From: Candidatus Heimdallarchaeota archaeon
Lineage (GTDB): Archaea; Asgardarchaeota; Heimdallarchaeia; Heimdallarchaeales; Heimdallarchaeaceae
Length of the DNA: 64,000 nt
Assembly (NCBI GenBank): GCA_030668875.1
Contig: DAOVER010000005.1
Coordinates: 26,597-90,596 of the forward strand
Direction of reading: 5' to 3'
Each line of letters begins with the position of its first letter. Positions within the stretch are counted from its first letter, which is position 1. Under the pieces are notes generated by a model, which did not search any database, was not told where the DNA came from, and was given only the letters and a program-made list of their open reading frames with translations. Position numbers and translations under genes: made by a program. This document shows positions 38,855 through 49,079 of this stretch, piece by piece.

Positions 38855-41389
38855 CTATTTTTTTGGAGAGCTTGGATAAGTTCCGATTGGCATTAGCACT
38901 CGCTTTACACTAGAGACTATACCGTGTTCCTTTTCAGGAAGAGTTATTGCATCAATCTGTGCTTCACCTAATGCAACCAATTCATTCTTCAAGGTATAAA
39001 TCGCTACCATGTCGCCTGCTTTGAATTCTTCTGAATACCTTGAAACACCTGGTAAAGCTAATGGGGCACCATGACAGATAGTATTAACCGCACTGTCTTT
39101 GATAATAACTTGTGGTATATGTCTCACCCCATATTCCATAGGTAGAATAATGTTTCGTAAGGGATTTTCATCTTTTTCTTCTCTATACCATGCAAAAGCA
39201 TCATATAAATCATGGAGAGTGGATAAGAAATCATTTTCCGAAAATGGTCCAGAGCGCGTTCGTCTAAGTTCCTTCATATGAGCGCCACACGATAAACTTT
39301 GTCCAATATCATGGCAATTAGAAGACACAAAACCTGTTTCAATGAGAAAATTATGAGTTTTTGGTACAGTCATATCATAAACATAACCAGTACTTTGGAC
39401 ATTCTCAATTGATTCTATTTTTTCAATAATGAAATCATCCAGTTCTGGTAACATTATGTGTGTAGAAGCAGTTTTGTAGAACCCTCGCGTCATAGGGATA
39501 TTTTCTTTTAAAATTCTATCCAAATTTCCACCCATTATTTTTTTCAATTCTGTTTTATGGGAAATTAAATAATTCGCAAAATGAAAACCAATATGATATT
39601 TATCTCCATATTCATGATCAGAATTCAGTTCTTCGAACTCAGTGAATTTTCTGATTTTCTCTGGATGGTTAGAACCAATTTCATTGATGAATTTCAACTC
39701 TGCACCTATCGTACCAACAGACACTATATACATTGTAGTGATATAATTCTTAAAATTAACTTCTCTTGAAAAAATAGTATTTTCAATTTCTAATTTAAGT
39801 AGTAATTTATGAAGTATTATTGCTTCACTTCTGTTAACCGTGTATAAAGAAATACGAGATTTAACACTATGAGAATATGTTTTTATTTGTACAGACCCAT
39901 CCCCATCAAAATAACCTCGTAAGTAGGAACAAATCAATTTAGGTTCAAGTTGGAGCAAAGGAGAAAAATCAGCATTCTTTTTTGGGCTTCTTATTCCTAA
40001 AGATGCTGCTATAGTAGCAAGAAGAGAGTTTGTAAGAGATACACCCCAAACACCATTTTTATCTTGATTAACCGAATAATGTGAATTTGGGAATAATTCT
40101 TTGTAAATTTCAACATACTTATCAATTAGTTCCTTATTTGTATTATTAAAAATTAATCTTGTATAACGTACTGTATTTTTCTCTTTTGAATTATTTCCAT
40201 CTGAAGCAATTAATCCTAAAAGATAAAATAAAGATTCATTTAGCTCTCTTAGCTTAATGATTTGACCTTTTACTTGCTTAAATCTATAAATTTGTTCTTT
40301 AACATCTTCATATATTCCAGCTAGTTTAAGATGTTTTATTTTTATCGAGTAAGAAGAGTTTGAAACAAATGGCTGCCTACTAACATCTAGTTTTCTGCTC
40401 ATTTCTCTAATACTACCATATTTTTTAATGAAGGCGTTTTTACATTTTTCCTTTATTTCATCTTGTTCTATAAGGTACTCATCATCCAAAAGATCTGACA
40501 CAATTAGTTTTTTACTAGTTAAGTTTGGTTTAAAACTTTTAACTAAAAAATCACCAACTCTTAATTTTCTAGCTTCAGTCATATTATAACCAACATCTGT
40601 AGATTTCAACATTTCATGGTCTGGTGTAATAATTATTGAAATACCAGTTTTCATTTTTAGTTTAATTAAAACTGGAGGGGAAGGGATGGTTTGAACTGCA
40701 GATGGATCTTTTTGATCTATTTTTCCATCAACAAAAGAAAAGATTGTTTTTGGACTTTCAACGAAATCTTTAGCTGAAACTGATCCTTCAGCTGTAAGAA
40801 TCTGAGTATTAGGATGTAAACAATATTTTCTAACATAAAATCCTGCTTGAGAGCTTATCCTAAAAAGAACTTCTCTTTCCCTTATATCAAGAATCTCTGA
40901 ATTATAGATGGTTCGAATTCTTAATACTCTTTTTACACTTGCCCTTAATGGGGGTCTTTGATACAAATCACCAACATAATCACCAACAATAGATCTTATT
41001 CTTTCTTCATCAATATCGGCGTGTAATCGCATATTTCCAACGTATTCCTTTCCAGCGAGGAGAAGTGTATCCAATATTCGAGTTGCTTTTCCTAAAGCCG
41101 TAGGAAGAACACCGGTTACCTGTGGGTCCAAGGTTCCAGAATGACCCGCTTTTGGAATGCCAAGAATCTTTTTTACATAACTAACTACTTCATGGCTAGT
41201 TGGATTAGGAGGTTTGTCCAAGTTGATGATACCATAATTCAATAATTCTGCAATTGTTCGATTTGAAGGCTTTTTTCCCCATTTAAAATCAGTTGTATCT
41301 CTGGAAAGTATCTTTAAGGGGTACTTATTGTCATCAAATGATAACTTTGGGGTGGAAAAAACTAATGTCATGATATCATCACGGAGCAC
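38855..41389 (-). CDS. cbf5: tRNA pseudouridine synthase Cbf5/TruB interrupted by a large intein
   Basis: TruB motif GHSGTLDP, C-terminal PUA domain, and the conserved Y.R..CHDIG split by 502 aa. Confidence 0.85.
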   Translation of the reverse strand: MLRDDIMTLVFSTPKLSFDDNKYPLKILSRDTTDFKWGKKPSNRTIAELLNYGIINLDKPPNPTSHEVVSYVKKILGIPKAGHSGTLDPQVTGVLPTALGKATRILDTLLLAGKEYVGNMRLHADIDEERIRSIVGDYVGDLYQRPPLRASVKRVLRIRTIYNSEILDIREREVLFRISSQAGFYVRKYCLHPNTQILTAEGSVSAKDFVESPKTIFSFVDGKIDQKDPSAVQTIPSPPVLIKLKMKTGISIIITPDHEMLKSTDVGYNMTEARKLRVGDFLVKSFKPNLTSKKLIVSDLLDDEYLIEQDEIKEKCKNAFIKKYGSIREMSRKLDVSRQPFVSNSSYSIKIKHLKLAGIYEDVKEQIYRFKQVKGQIIKLRELNESLFYLLGLIASDGNNSKEKNTVRYTRLIFNNTNKELIDKYVEIYKELFPNSHYSVNQDKNGVWGVSLTNSLLATIAASLGIRSPKKNADFSPLLQLEPKLICSYLRGYFDGDGSVQIKTYSHSVKSRISLYTVNRSEAIILHKLLLKLEIENTIFSREVNFKNYITTMYIVSVGTIGAELKFINEIGSNHPEKIRKFTEFEELNSDHEYGDKYHIGFHFANYLISHKTELKKIMGGNLDRILKENIPMTRGFYKTASTHIMLPELDDFIIEKIESIENVQSTGYVYDMTVPKTHNFLIETGFVSSNCHDIGQSLSCGAHMKELRRTRSGPFSENDFLSTLHDLYDAFAWYREEKDENPLRNIILPMEYGVRHIPQVIIKDSAVNTICHGAPLALPGVSRYSEEFKAGDMVAIYTLKNELVALGEAQIDAITLPEKEHGIVSSVKRVLMPIGTYPSSPKK
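39317..40822 (-). other. intein (502 aa) with LAGLIDADG homing-endonuclease domain inside cbf5
   Basis: Starts with Cys (CLHPNTQIL), ends ...GFVSSN before the +1 Cys of CHDIG. Carries LLGLIASDGN and LRGYFDGDGS LAGLIDADG blocks. Confidence 0.7.
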
Positions 41390-41421
41390 TAAGAAAAATA
41401 GAGATATAAGGTTTGAGGAAA

Positions 41422-41703
41422 TTAAATCTGTGGAACTACGACTTCTTCCATGAATTCCTTAAAACCCGCTTCATTGATAGCAGCAGAAACATCGTCATCA
41501 TTAGCATCTCGTTTTACTGAAACTAGTTTATCGGTTGGTTCTAAATGCATAACATTGCATTTTCTTCTTCTAACTGATGTTAGTTCTTTTGGACCTGTAA
41601 CTAAAACATAATTTTGATTAATTAAATCCACGATCACAGCTTTCTTTCCTGCTTCTCTTCCGTTTGTTTTTACTATAATTCTTCCAATTTGAATTGCAGT
41701 CAC
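41422..41703 (-). CDS. rpl14e: 50S ribosomal protein L14e (eL14)
   Basis: KOW-like IGRIIVKTNGREAGKKAVIV. Confidence 0.8.
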   Translation of the reverse strand: MTAIQIGRIIVKTNGREAGKKAVIVDLINQNYVLVTGPKELTSVRRRKCNVMHLEPTDKLVSVKRDANDDDVSAAINEAGFKEFMEEVVVPQI

Positions 41704-41705
41704 TT

Positions 41706-42245
41706 TTATTCACCTTTTGTTATTTTCTTAACTGATGCCATTATTATATCAACACACTCAGCTGCATCATATTTTTTTGTGTTGATTATTACATCATAGA
41801 TGGACAAATCAGAGATGTCAATATTATAGAGTTTTTGATATCTGTCTCTTTCTGATTCTTCTCTCATCAACGTCTCTTTTTTGATTTCTTCTATAGATCT
41901 GTTTTCTCTTTCAGCAATGCGTTGAATTCTTGTCTTTACAGGTGCTGTAATGTAGATTATCAAATCAGCAACCTTTCTTAGAACCCATCCACCTAATTGA
42001 GCGTCAACTATAATGCCATTTTCTACTTTTGCAAGTTCTACAGTTTTATTGTCTATGTATGTATCAATTTCATTGTTGGTTTCTGCAAGCTTGCTAAATT
42101 CTTCAATGGTCATGCCTTTTTCTTTAGCCATTTCTCTAAACAGTTGTCCAGCTGATACGTATGTATAATTCAACAACTCTGCTACAGTTTTTGCAGCTGT
42201 GCTTTTCCCTGAACCATGTGGACCAGAAATAGCTATTATAGGCAA
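41706..42245 (-). CDS. cmk: cytidylate kinase (archaeal type)
   Basis: IAISGPHGSGKST P-loop and DISDLSIYD motifs, in the expected synteny position. Confidence 0.8.
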   Translation of the reverse strand: MPIIAISGPHGSGKSTAAKTVAELLNYTYVSAGQLFREMAKEKGMTIEEFSKLAETNNEIDTYIDNKTVELAKVENGIIVDAQLGGWVLRKVADLIIYITAPVKTRIQRIAERENRSIEEIKKETLMREESERDRYQKLYNIDISDLSIYDVIINTKKYDAAECVDIIMASVKKITKGE

Positions 42246-42259
42246 AATCGTTACTTCCC

Positions 42260-42517
42260 TTAGCTTCGAACATCCGCTTTAATTGCACTTTTTAAACATC
42301 GAGAGCATAAATGACCCGCATGTTGTCTACTAGGGAGATGTTCAGAACGGGACATTTTTCTTACTTTATTCTGAGATCCAAATGCAACACCATGGAGGAT
42401 AGCCCCACATTGTGAGCAATGAGGTTTTTTAGTTCGCTTGGAAATTTTCTTTAATCTAGTTTCAGATGGGGTTCGTACTAGTCTTGTTTTTGAAACACGT
42501 AATGATGGTCTAACCAT
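42260..42517 (-). CDS. rpl34e: 50S ribosomal protein L34e (eL34); start taken as internal Met (MVRPSLR...), track ORF extends to 42565
   Basis: VRTPSE...CSQCGAILHGV zinc-ribbon pattern. Confidence 0.75.
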   Translation of the reverse strand: MVRPSLRVSKTRLVRTPSETRLKKISKRTKKPHCSQCGAILHGVAFGSQNKVRKMSRSEHLPSRQHAGHLCSRCLKSAIKADVRS

Positions 42518-42527
42518 AAATATCTCC

Positions 42528-43247
42528 TCATTTGTTTGTCTTAGATTGAGGTTTGTTCTTTGCAAGTTGTTCTTTTTTAGAAACAGTTGCTGTCTTTAAA
42601 GGTTCAATTTTTTTGCTCTTTTTCTTTGTATGAGTTGCTCCAGAGGGAGTTGCTCCAAATATTCTACTAAGCAATGAACCAAAAGCAAAAGATACCATAA
42701 AATACCAGAGAGTAAAAGGCGCTTTTGAGTATCCATGATATTTTAGGGGTAAAGTTGTATCCACTACACCAGATGGGTATGATATACCAGATACTTGGAA
42801 CCATGGATTTCCTATCCAGGGAAAATCACCCAGATTAAAGGGTAACCATGCATAGTTATGATCAGTTGTAAAAGCGGTTCTAAGTATAGCAAATAAAATC
42901 AAGAAGGGAATGGTTGTGATAAGCATTGGTTTCATTCTTTTGAACATCATGGAGGATTGTAATTTCTTTACTCTTTCTTCATCTCTTTTGACACTCAACC
43001 ATAATTTCTTATCAGCGGTTTGCATTGCTGTTTTTCTCTTTTGATTCCAATCGTTAACTTTCTGCATACTTTCTTTTAATGCATCAGTATCAAGTATCAA
43101 TCGAGTAGCCAGTGTAGATATGCTTGCAAGCATGATTGAAGTTAGGGCTATAAATAGTGCAGAGTTAGGAAGTTGATTCCATCCCATACTAGTTATCCAT
43201 TCTGCAATTCCTGTAAACCATGGGTCCCAAAATGCCATATAAATCAC
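42528..43247 (-). CDS. DUF106-family membrane protein (Oxa1/YidC-superfamily insertase-like) with Lys-rich tail
   Basis: Three TM helices, in the expected synteny position. Confidence 0.55.
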   Translation of the reverse strand: MIYMAFWDPWFTGIAEWITSMGWNQLPNSALFIALTSIMLASISTLATRLILDTDALKESMQKVNDWNQKRKTAMQTADKKLWLSVKRDEERVKKLQSSMMFKRMKPMLITTIPFLILFAILRTAFTTDHNYAWLPFNLGDFPWIGNPWFQVSGISYPSGVVDTTLPLKYHGYSKAPFTLWYFMVSFAFGSLLSRIFGATPSGATHTKKKSKKIEPLKTATVSKKEQLAKNKPQSKTNK

Positions 43248-43323
43248 TTCTTTTGCTTACTTACTCCACAAATAACTCACTTTTAAAAGCTTTTGTAACT
43301 AGAGTTTTTAATAATCTAATTCT

Positions 43324-44124
43324 TTAGATGTTGGGGAGAGAATCTTTTTTCAGTAAAACAAAGAAGTTATCTTTTCCACCTTTCCCACCGCATATTGAGA
43401 GATCAATTATGTTCAGATTAGTTTTCTCTAATATAGAAACAAGTTCTCTTTTGGTGAAAAGATGGTAAAATCTCTTTGCAATGATATTTCTATTTTCATC
43501 GCGCCAGGGGAGATAAATATCACCATGTCGCCAATCCTTATTTTTCAATTTCATAATAGGGTAGATTAAGAAATCGCCAATCAATTTTTTTCTAGTATCT
43601 GGCTTCCATCTTCTCCAGCAAGATAAAATAAGATATCCATCTTCTTTTAGCAAGGTTGACAGATGTTTAAGACATGAAACTGTTTCTTCCTTCACTCGTA
43701 GATGATGTATAGTCGCAATAGATAAAACTAAGTTGGCAAAATTGCTACGCAAACTTAAAGATTTCATATCGTTATTTATTGTGAAATGATTCCCTGCTTG
43801 AATATCAACTGAAGCTTGTAATAATTCTAAGGATATATCAGTGGCAATGAATTGTAAACTAGAACTATCAAAATGAAGAAGGTTTCTGCTGTTACCTGCA
43901 CCAATATCAACAAGGATACCTGAGGAAGGCAAAGAATGTATTTTGGAAATCTTATTCATGTACGTTTGAAAATCTTTCCAAGGCTTTCTTTTTACTCGTG
44001 CATACTTTGGAGAGATTTTCTTATAAGCTTCTATTAGCTCCTTATCACTATTCTTGTTACTAGTAAACAATGCATAGAATTTAGATATACAAAGTATATC
44101 AATTTTCTTCTTATTTCTGAACAT
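43324..44124 (-). CDS. class I SAM-dependent methyltransferase, Trm9-like
   Basis: VDIGAGNS motif I, SIATIHHL motif. Confidence 0.55.
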   Translation of the reverse strand: MFRNKKKIDILCISKFYALFTSNKNSDKELIEAYKKISPKYARVKRKPWKDFQTYMNKISKIHSLPSSGILVDIGAGNSRNLLHFDSSSLQFIATDISLELLQASVDIQAGNHFTINNDMKSLSLRSNFANLVLSIATIHHLRVKEETVSCLKHLSTLLKEDGYLILSCWRRWKPDTRKKLIGDFLIYPIMKLKNKDWRHGDIYLPWRDENRNIIAKRFYHLFTKRELVSILEKTNLNIIDLSICGGKGGKDNFFVLLKKDSLPNI

Positions 44125-44240
44125 TAAACAATGATTTTTATACTCTATAAAAAATCAAAATTTGTGTTTATGTTTGTGTTTATGTTGAAGGCAAAAATGC
44201 TTATAAATAGAAGCACACCTATCACATTAAAGCCACACCG

Positions 44241-45695
44241 GTGAATTACATGGTTTCAAAGTTCTTGATGCTATTCAAACCGTTTCAACGTTTTACCTTT
44301 GAGGTAAAGAAGCCAGCAAGAAAACCTTCTTTTAAAAGAAAGTTAGCTTGGACCTTCGGAATCCTAGCCCTCTATTTAGCTATGCTAAATATTCCTATTT
44401 TCGGTATACCTGAATCAGGTGGAACCGATCCCTTCTTCGCCATGAGGGCAATATTAGCTTCACAAAGAGGAAGCTTAGCAGAATTAGGTATAGGACCTAT
44501 TGTAACTGCTGGTTTGATTATGCAGTTACTTGTGGGATCACAAATTATCAAAGTTGATTTTACTAATCCTGAAGAACGTGCTCTATACACCGGAACACAA
44601 AAAATACTTGCTATATTGATGACCCTATTCGAAGCTTTAGCATATATTCTTGGTGGAGCTTATGGAGAGTTAGGTTTCCAAGCACAAATGATTGTATTAT
44701 TGCAATTAATTGTTGCAGGTTTTACCATTCTTCTTATGGATGAAGTTATCCAGAAAGGTTATGGACTTGGAAGCGGTATTAGTTTATTCATTGCTGCAAG
44801 TGTTTCATATACTATCTTTGATGGCATGTTCAGTTTAACGCAAGAAAGAATTGGAGGTTTTGATTGGTACAGAGGTTGCGTTCTCGCATTCTTTCAAGGT
44901 ATCTTCAAAGAAAATCCAGACATACTAACACCACTCAGTAGACCTGGTAGAACCCCCGATGTAATTGGTTTACTGGCAACAATAGTTGTTTTTGCAATGG
45001 TTATCTATGTAGACTCTATGAAAATTGAGATACCTGTCCAACACAGCCAATATAAGATGCCAGCCAGATATCCAATAAAATTCTTATATACGTCAAATAT
45101 CCCTGTAATCCTTGTAAGCGCCTTATTTGCAAACATCTACTTCGTTTCAAACCTAATGCACAACTCTTGGAGTGATATAACAACGGGTTATCAAGGATTC
45201 TTGGTCGACTTTTTCGGTAGATGGGATACGATAGAAGGCACGGAACAACTAACTCCAGTTTCGGGGCTAGCAGCTTTTACAACGGCACCGTATGGACCTG
45301 AACAAATTGCGGAGCAACCGTGGCATGCCCTAGTGTATTTACTATTAATGGTTGCACTTTGTGGTATCTTCTCGCGTATTTGGATAGATACGGCTGGGAT
45401 GAGTTCAAAAAATGTTGCGAAACAACTGTTAGATGCAAATATGCAAATACCTGGTTTTAGGCGTAATCCAAGGATTGTAGAAAGATATCTAGAAAGATAC
45501 ATTCCTACAGCAGCCTGGCTCGGAGGTTTCTTTATAGGTGTTCTAGCAGCAGTAGCGGACTTTCTGGGAGCTCTTGGTACGGGTACTGGTATTCTGTTAA
45601 CAACGGGTATTCTCCGTCAGTACTATGAAATCTTCGCTAGTGAACAAATTAGTGAAACTGTTCCAGCTTTAGCTGGAATGTTAGGAATAAAATAA
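44241..45695 (+). CDS. secY: preprotein translocase SecY (canonical copy)
   Basis: NIPIFGIP...GIGPIVTAGLIMQLLVGSQI plug/TM2 region, 10 TM segments. Confidence 0.9.
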   Translation: MNYMVSKFLMLFKPFQRFTFEVKKPARKPSFKRKLAWTFGILALYLAMLNIPIFGIPESGGTDPFFAMRAILASQRGSLAELGIGPIVTAGLIMQLLVGSQIIKVDFTNPEERALYTGTQKILAILMTLFEALAYILGGAYGELGFQAQMIVLLQLIVAGFTILLMDEVIQKGYGLGSGISLFIAASVSYTIFDGMFSLTQERIGGFDWYRGCVLAFFQGIFKENPDILTPLSRPGRTPDVIGLLATIVVFAMVIYVDSMKIEIPVQHSQYKMPARYPIKFLYTSNIPVILVSALFANIYFVSNLMHNSWSDITTGYQGFLVDFFGRWDTIEGTEQLTPVSGLAAFTTAPYGPEQIAEQPWHALVYLLLMVALCGIFSRIWIDTAGMSSKNVAKQLLDANMQIPGFRRNPRIVERYLERYIPTAAWLGGFFIGVLAAVADFLGALGTGTGILLTTGILRQYYEIFASEQISETVPALAGMLGIK

Positions 45696-45735
45696 AATTC
45701 CTCCCCCTTTTTTTACTTTTATTTTAGTATCCCTA

Positions 45736-46686
45736 CTAAAGATGTAGGTCTATCACTTTGTTTGTCTCGATACTTTCGATAGATGCGAGAGCAATCTTTA
45801 AAGCTTTAAGCCCATCGACCGAAGTTACAACAGGTTGTTTATTTTCTAAACATGCTTCCGCGAAAGAATTCATTTCTCTGCTTAATGGTTCTTGCCAAGT
45901 TGATTTTGTATTTCGTAACCACTCATCGTCTTCAATGATATATTCTTGTGTGATGTAATCAGCTTCTACTATCCCTTGCTCACAAGTAAGCATCAATTTT
46001 CTATATCTGTGAGGTGTTAAATAATTAGATTCAATGAAACCAGTCAACCCATTATCAAAATCAAGTAATATTTCAGCATAATCAATATAGCTATGACGTA
46101 ATTTTCCTCCACGAGCATACACGGAAATAGGATCTTTTGAAGTTAAATATCTGAAAGCATCAATATCATGGATACTCACATCACGAATAACATCAACATC
46201 TTTTAACCTATCAGGCCAAAATGGGCCTAGCCTTCTTGCACTCAACAATACAAGTTCACCTAGTTCCCCACTCCCTATGAGAGTTAGTGATTTGCCAATT
46301 ATTGGATTGAAACGTTCGATAAAACCTACAGACACAATAACGTTTGAGCTTTTAGCTGCATCAATAATTTTCTCTGCTTCTTCTAAGGTACTTGTCATAG
46401 GCTTCTCTATCATAACATGTTTTCCATGCTCTATAGCTTTGAGCGCTATTTCCCCGTGAGTAGAAGTAGGAGAAGCTATACTAACCGCATCTATTTCATT
46501 TAGACTCAATAGCTCATCTAAATCTGAAAAAGCTCTAGCACGATGTATCACTGCCAACTCTTTAGCCTTTTCAAGCTGAATATCATAAATACCAATAAGG
46601 TTTGTTTTTTCCATTTCTTTAAAAGCTCTTGCGTGGTTTTTACCCCAGCTTCCTACTCCGATAACTGCCATATTGAGTTTTTTCAT
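45736..46686 (-). CDS. Gfo/Idh/MocA-family NAD(P)-dependent oxidoreductase
   Basis: MAVIGVGSWGKNHARAF Rossmann N-terminus, EKP motif. Confidence 0.8.
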   Translation of the reverse strand: MKKLNMAVIGVGSWGKNHARAFKEMEKTNLIGIYDIQLEKAKELAVIHRARAFSDLDELLSLNEIDAVSIASPTSTHGEIALKAIEHGKHVMIEKPMTSTLEEAEKIIDAAKSSNVIVSVGFIERFNPIIGKSLTLIGSGELGELVLLSARRLGPFWPDRLKDVDVIRDVSIHDIDAFRYLTSKDPISVYARGGKLRHSYIDYAEILLDFDNGLTGFIESNYLTPHRYRKLMLTCEQGIVEADYITQEYIIEDDEWLRNTKSTWQEPLSREMNSFAEACLENKQPVVTSVDGLKALKIALASIESIETNKVIDLHL

Positions 46687-46808
46687 CGAATCACTACCAA
46701 CTACATAAATTAATTTTACTCGCTTTGAGTAAACATAAGTGAATATTTAAAATTTTTTGTATGATTATTCTAAAAAATGAATTAGAGTAAATAAAAAGAA
46801 AAGAAAAA

Positions 46809-47267
46809 TTAGTTAGAGCTGCTTAGTTGAACTTTGCCACCAGCAGACTCTATTTTCTTAATTGCTCTTTTACTAGCTTCAGCAACTACAATATTCATCG
46901 CAGTGTTGACTTCGCCTTGAGCAAGAAGTTTAGTATAACCAAGCTCTGTCAAATTGACTTCGTATTTAGCACCCTTCTTTGTGACTTTTCCTTCACGTTC
47001 GAGGGTTGTGACCATTGAGTCTAAATGAGAGACATTGATTACAGTGTTGTCTTTTATGGATTCTCGAGGGCGGATGAAACCATGTTTTCCAATTGGAGGA
47101 CGCAAACCTTTAATCGTTTGAATCCAGTGATGTGACTTAGGAGCAGCTTTACCTACTCCCCCGCGCATACCACTTTTTCTGTGGGTTCGTACAACTCCCC
47201 AACCATGGGTTCTGTATCCGCGACGTTTTCCGGTTTTCTTCTTAGTTCTAACTGTCATTTTGATCAC
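46809..47267 (-). CDS. rpl15: 50S ribosomal protein L15 (uL15)
   Basis: GYRTHGWG...RGG.G pattern. Confidence 0.85.
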   Translation of the reverse strand: MIKMTVRTKKKTGKRRGYRTHGWGVVRTHRKSGMRGGVGKAAPKSHHWIQTIKGLRPPIGKHGFIRPRESIKDNTVINVSHLDSMVTTLEREGKVTKKGAKYEVNLTELGYTKLLAQGEVNTAMNIVVAEASKRAIKKIESAGGKVQLSSSN

Positions 47268-47782
47268 GCCATCCTTACAATAAGCTCGTTTATAGCTGAG
47301 CCTCTATAACCTAAATCTCCGCCATCTGCAAAGCTTCTTTTAACAGATTTGTAACCTTTTCTTGCAGGATGTAATCTGAAAAATTTCTTTAGCTTAGGAA
47401 CCTTTTGAATTATAGTTTCTCCTGTCATTAGAGCTTTTGAAAGTGACTTTATGGTTGGATATTCAGTATTTTCCTTAACAAACTTATCAGTCAATCTAAT
47501 TTTTCCTTCAGACTCTCCTCTTTTCCTTAGGACATGTTCTAAAGCTTCTTGGTTTATTTCACCCCAAGTTACATGATCTTTTGCACGCTTTAGCATACCA
47601 AGGGTTGAAGGAGTATTAAGAAATAATGACATATAGTTTGTCTTACGAATGTTTAACATATCCAAATTTTGTTGAACCTTATAGAAGACGTTAATTCTTC
47701 CTCTAATTCTAATAACTGCCAACAATTTTAGAGTATCTTGTTTTTCACTCATGTTAATCACTTTCTTTATCTTCGTGTCCAA
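47264..47782 (-). CDS. rpl30: 50S ribosomal protein L30 (uL30)
   Basis: AVIRIRG...L.ML.. pattern. Confidence 0.8.
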   Translation of the reverse strand: MDTKIKKVINMSEKQDTLKLLAVIRIRGRINVFYKVQQNLDMLNIRKTNYMSLFLNTPSTLGMLKRAKDHVTWGEINQEALEHVLRKRGESEGKIRLTDKFVKENTEYPTIKSLSKALMTGETIIQKVPKLKKFFRLHPARKGYKSVKRSFADGGDLGYRGSAINELIVRMA

Positions 47783-48408
47783 TCGTATGGAGCCATGATT
47801 GAATAGGTGTTTTTCAAAGCTTCAAAAGTTGCTTTTGCAAAATTTGAAGTAGTTCGTGTTTCACCAAATGTTTTGCTCCAAACATCAGATATTCCTGCTA
47901 ATTCTAGAACAGTTTTAGCAGTGTTTCCAACGACTAATCCTAAACCTCTGGGTGCTGGATAAAGAATAACCTTTGTAGACCCTACCTTACCTGTTGATTT
48001 GAAAGGAACAGTGTGTGGCCCTCCACAGTTGCATTCCCACGAACCGCATCCTCTACGAACAGGTCTGATGTTCAATTTGGCATTAACCATCGCTTTCTTA
48101 ATAGCTGGACCTATTTCTTTGAGTTTTGCTTCACCTACACCAACATAACCGTTTTTGTTTCCAACAACAACAGTTGCACGGAATTTACGTTTTCGACCCG
48201 CGTCTGTTTGTCTTTGAACAAGGCTTATATCAATCACATCGTCCTCTAGGGTGTCACCAAGCAGAATATCAATTATTTCAGGTTCTGCTAAAGGAAGACC
48301 TTGTTGGAATAGTTCATCGATAGTTGTAATTCTACCATCTTTTACTAATCTTCCAACACGAGTTCGAGGTTCCCATTCTTCTAAATCTAAAAACATTTTA
48401 TTGCTCAT
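47767..48408 (-). CDS. rps5: 30S ribosomal protein S5 (uS5)
   Basis: GRK.KF.A.VVVGN.NGYVG and AKL.I.PV.RG.GS motifs. Confidence 0.9.
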   Translation of the reverse strand: MSNKMFLDLEEWEPRTRVGRLVKDGRITTIDELFQQGLPLAEPEIIDILLGDTLEDDVIDISLVQRQTDAGRKRKFRATVVVGNKNGYVGVGEAKLKEIGPAIKKAMVNAKLNIRPVRRGCGSWECNCGGPHTVPFKSTGKVGSTKVILYPAPRGLGLVVGNTAKTVLELAGISDVWSKTFGETRTTSNFAKATFEALKNTYSIMAPYDWTRR

Positions 48409-48418
48409 CTTTTATACC

Positions 48419-49066
48419 TCATTCCATTGAATCAATTTTTGATTTTGTCTCTTCAAAATACTCGGTTATCTTTTCAGGTTTCTTACTTGCTGCTAAGTAT
48501 TTGGCAAAGTATCTGTTATACTTGTTTTGATCTTCTTTAGCTAAGAGTTTTGCATATGATTGAATATGATCCCCTCTAATTCTATCTTCAGAAGGCAACA
48601 TAGTTTCATTGCAAGGAACATCAACACCTGCGTCAACAACGCCTTTGAGGGTTGCAAAGATTTTTGTTCCAGAGTATGCGGTGTGTGTTCCGATATCCAG
48701 AATAGCATCCTTGATTTTAGCTTTCAAAGCTCTTTTTCCAGCAAGATAGCCTGTAAGGTACGATGCAGGCAAATTGGATGTTGCGATATCCCAACCATAT
48801 TTTTTGAGATCACCTGATGTTATCTGAATGTAAGTTTGATCTCCACCAATTTTTGACATAACAAATTGTATCAATACTTGTTTATTGGATGCTCTTGTTA
48901 CAACCCTTATTTTACCTGATTTCAATAATCTTTTACGCTGACCATAATCAGTTTTAAGCTCTCTTCGTCTTCTAAAAGGCACTCTATACAGAGGTCCTTG
49001 CCTTTTCATCTTTTGTTGTAATTTTCTTCTCTTCTTTGGTCCTCTTTTACTTCTTCGACTTGACAT
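48419..49066 (-). CDS. rpl18: 50S ribosomal protein L18 (uL18)
   Basis: RLVVRASNK-like pattern, synteny. Confidence 0.85.
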   Translation of the reverse strand: MSSRRSKRGPKKRRKLQQKMKRQGPLYRVPFRRRRELKTDYGQRKRLLKSGKIRVVTRASNKQVLIQFVMSKIGGDQTYIQITSGDLKKYGWDIATSNLPASYLTGYLAGKRALKAKIKDAILDIGTHTAYSGTKIFATLKGVVDAGVDVPCNETMLPSEDRIRGDHIQSYAKLLAKEDQNKYNRYFAKYLAASKKPEKITEYFEETKSKIDSME

Positions 49067-49079
49067 AACTTAACACCTC

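Noticed and set aside
45191-45502. 103-aa minus-strand ORF, and its twin at 51243-51431
   Set aside because: Both are antisense of the conserved, GC-richer segment shared by the two SecY genes. Their similarity just reflects the SecY-SecY nucleotide identity.
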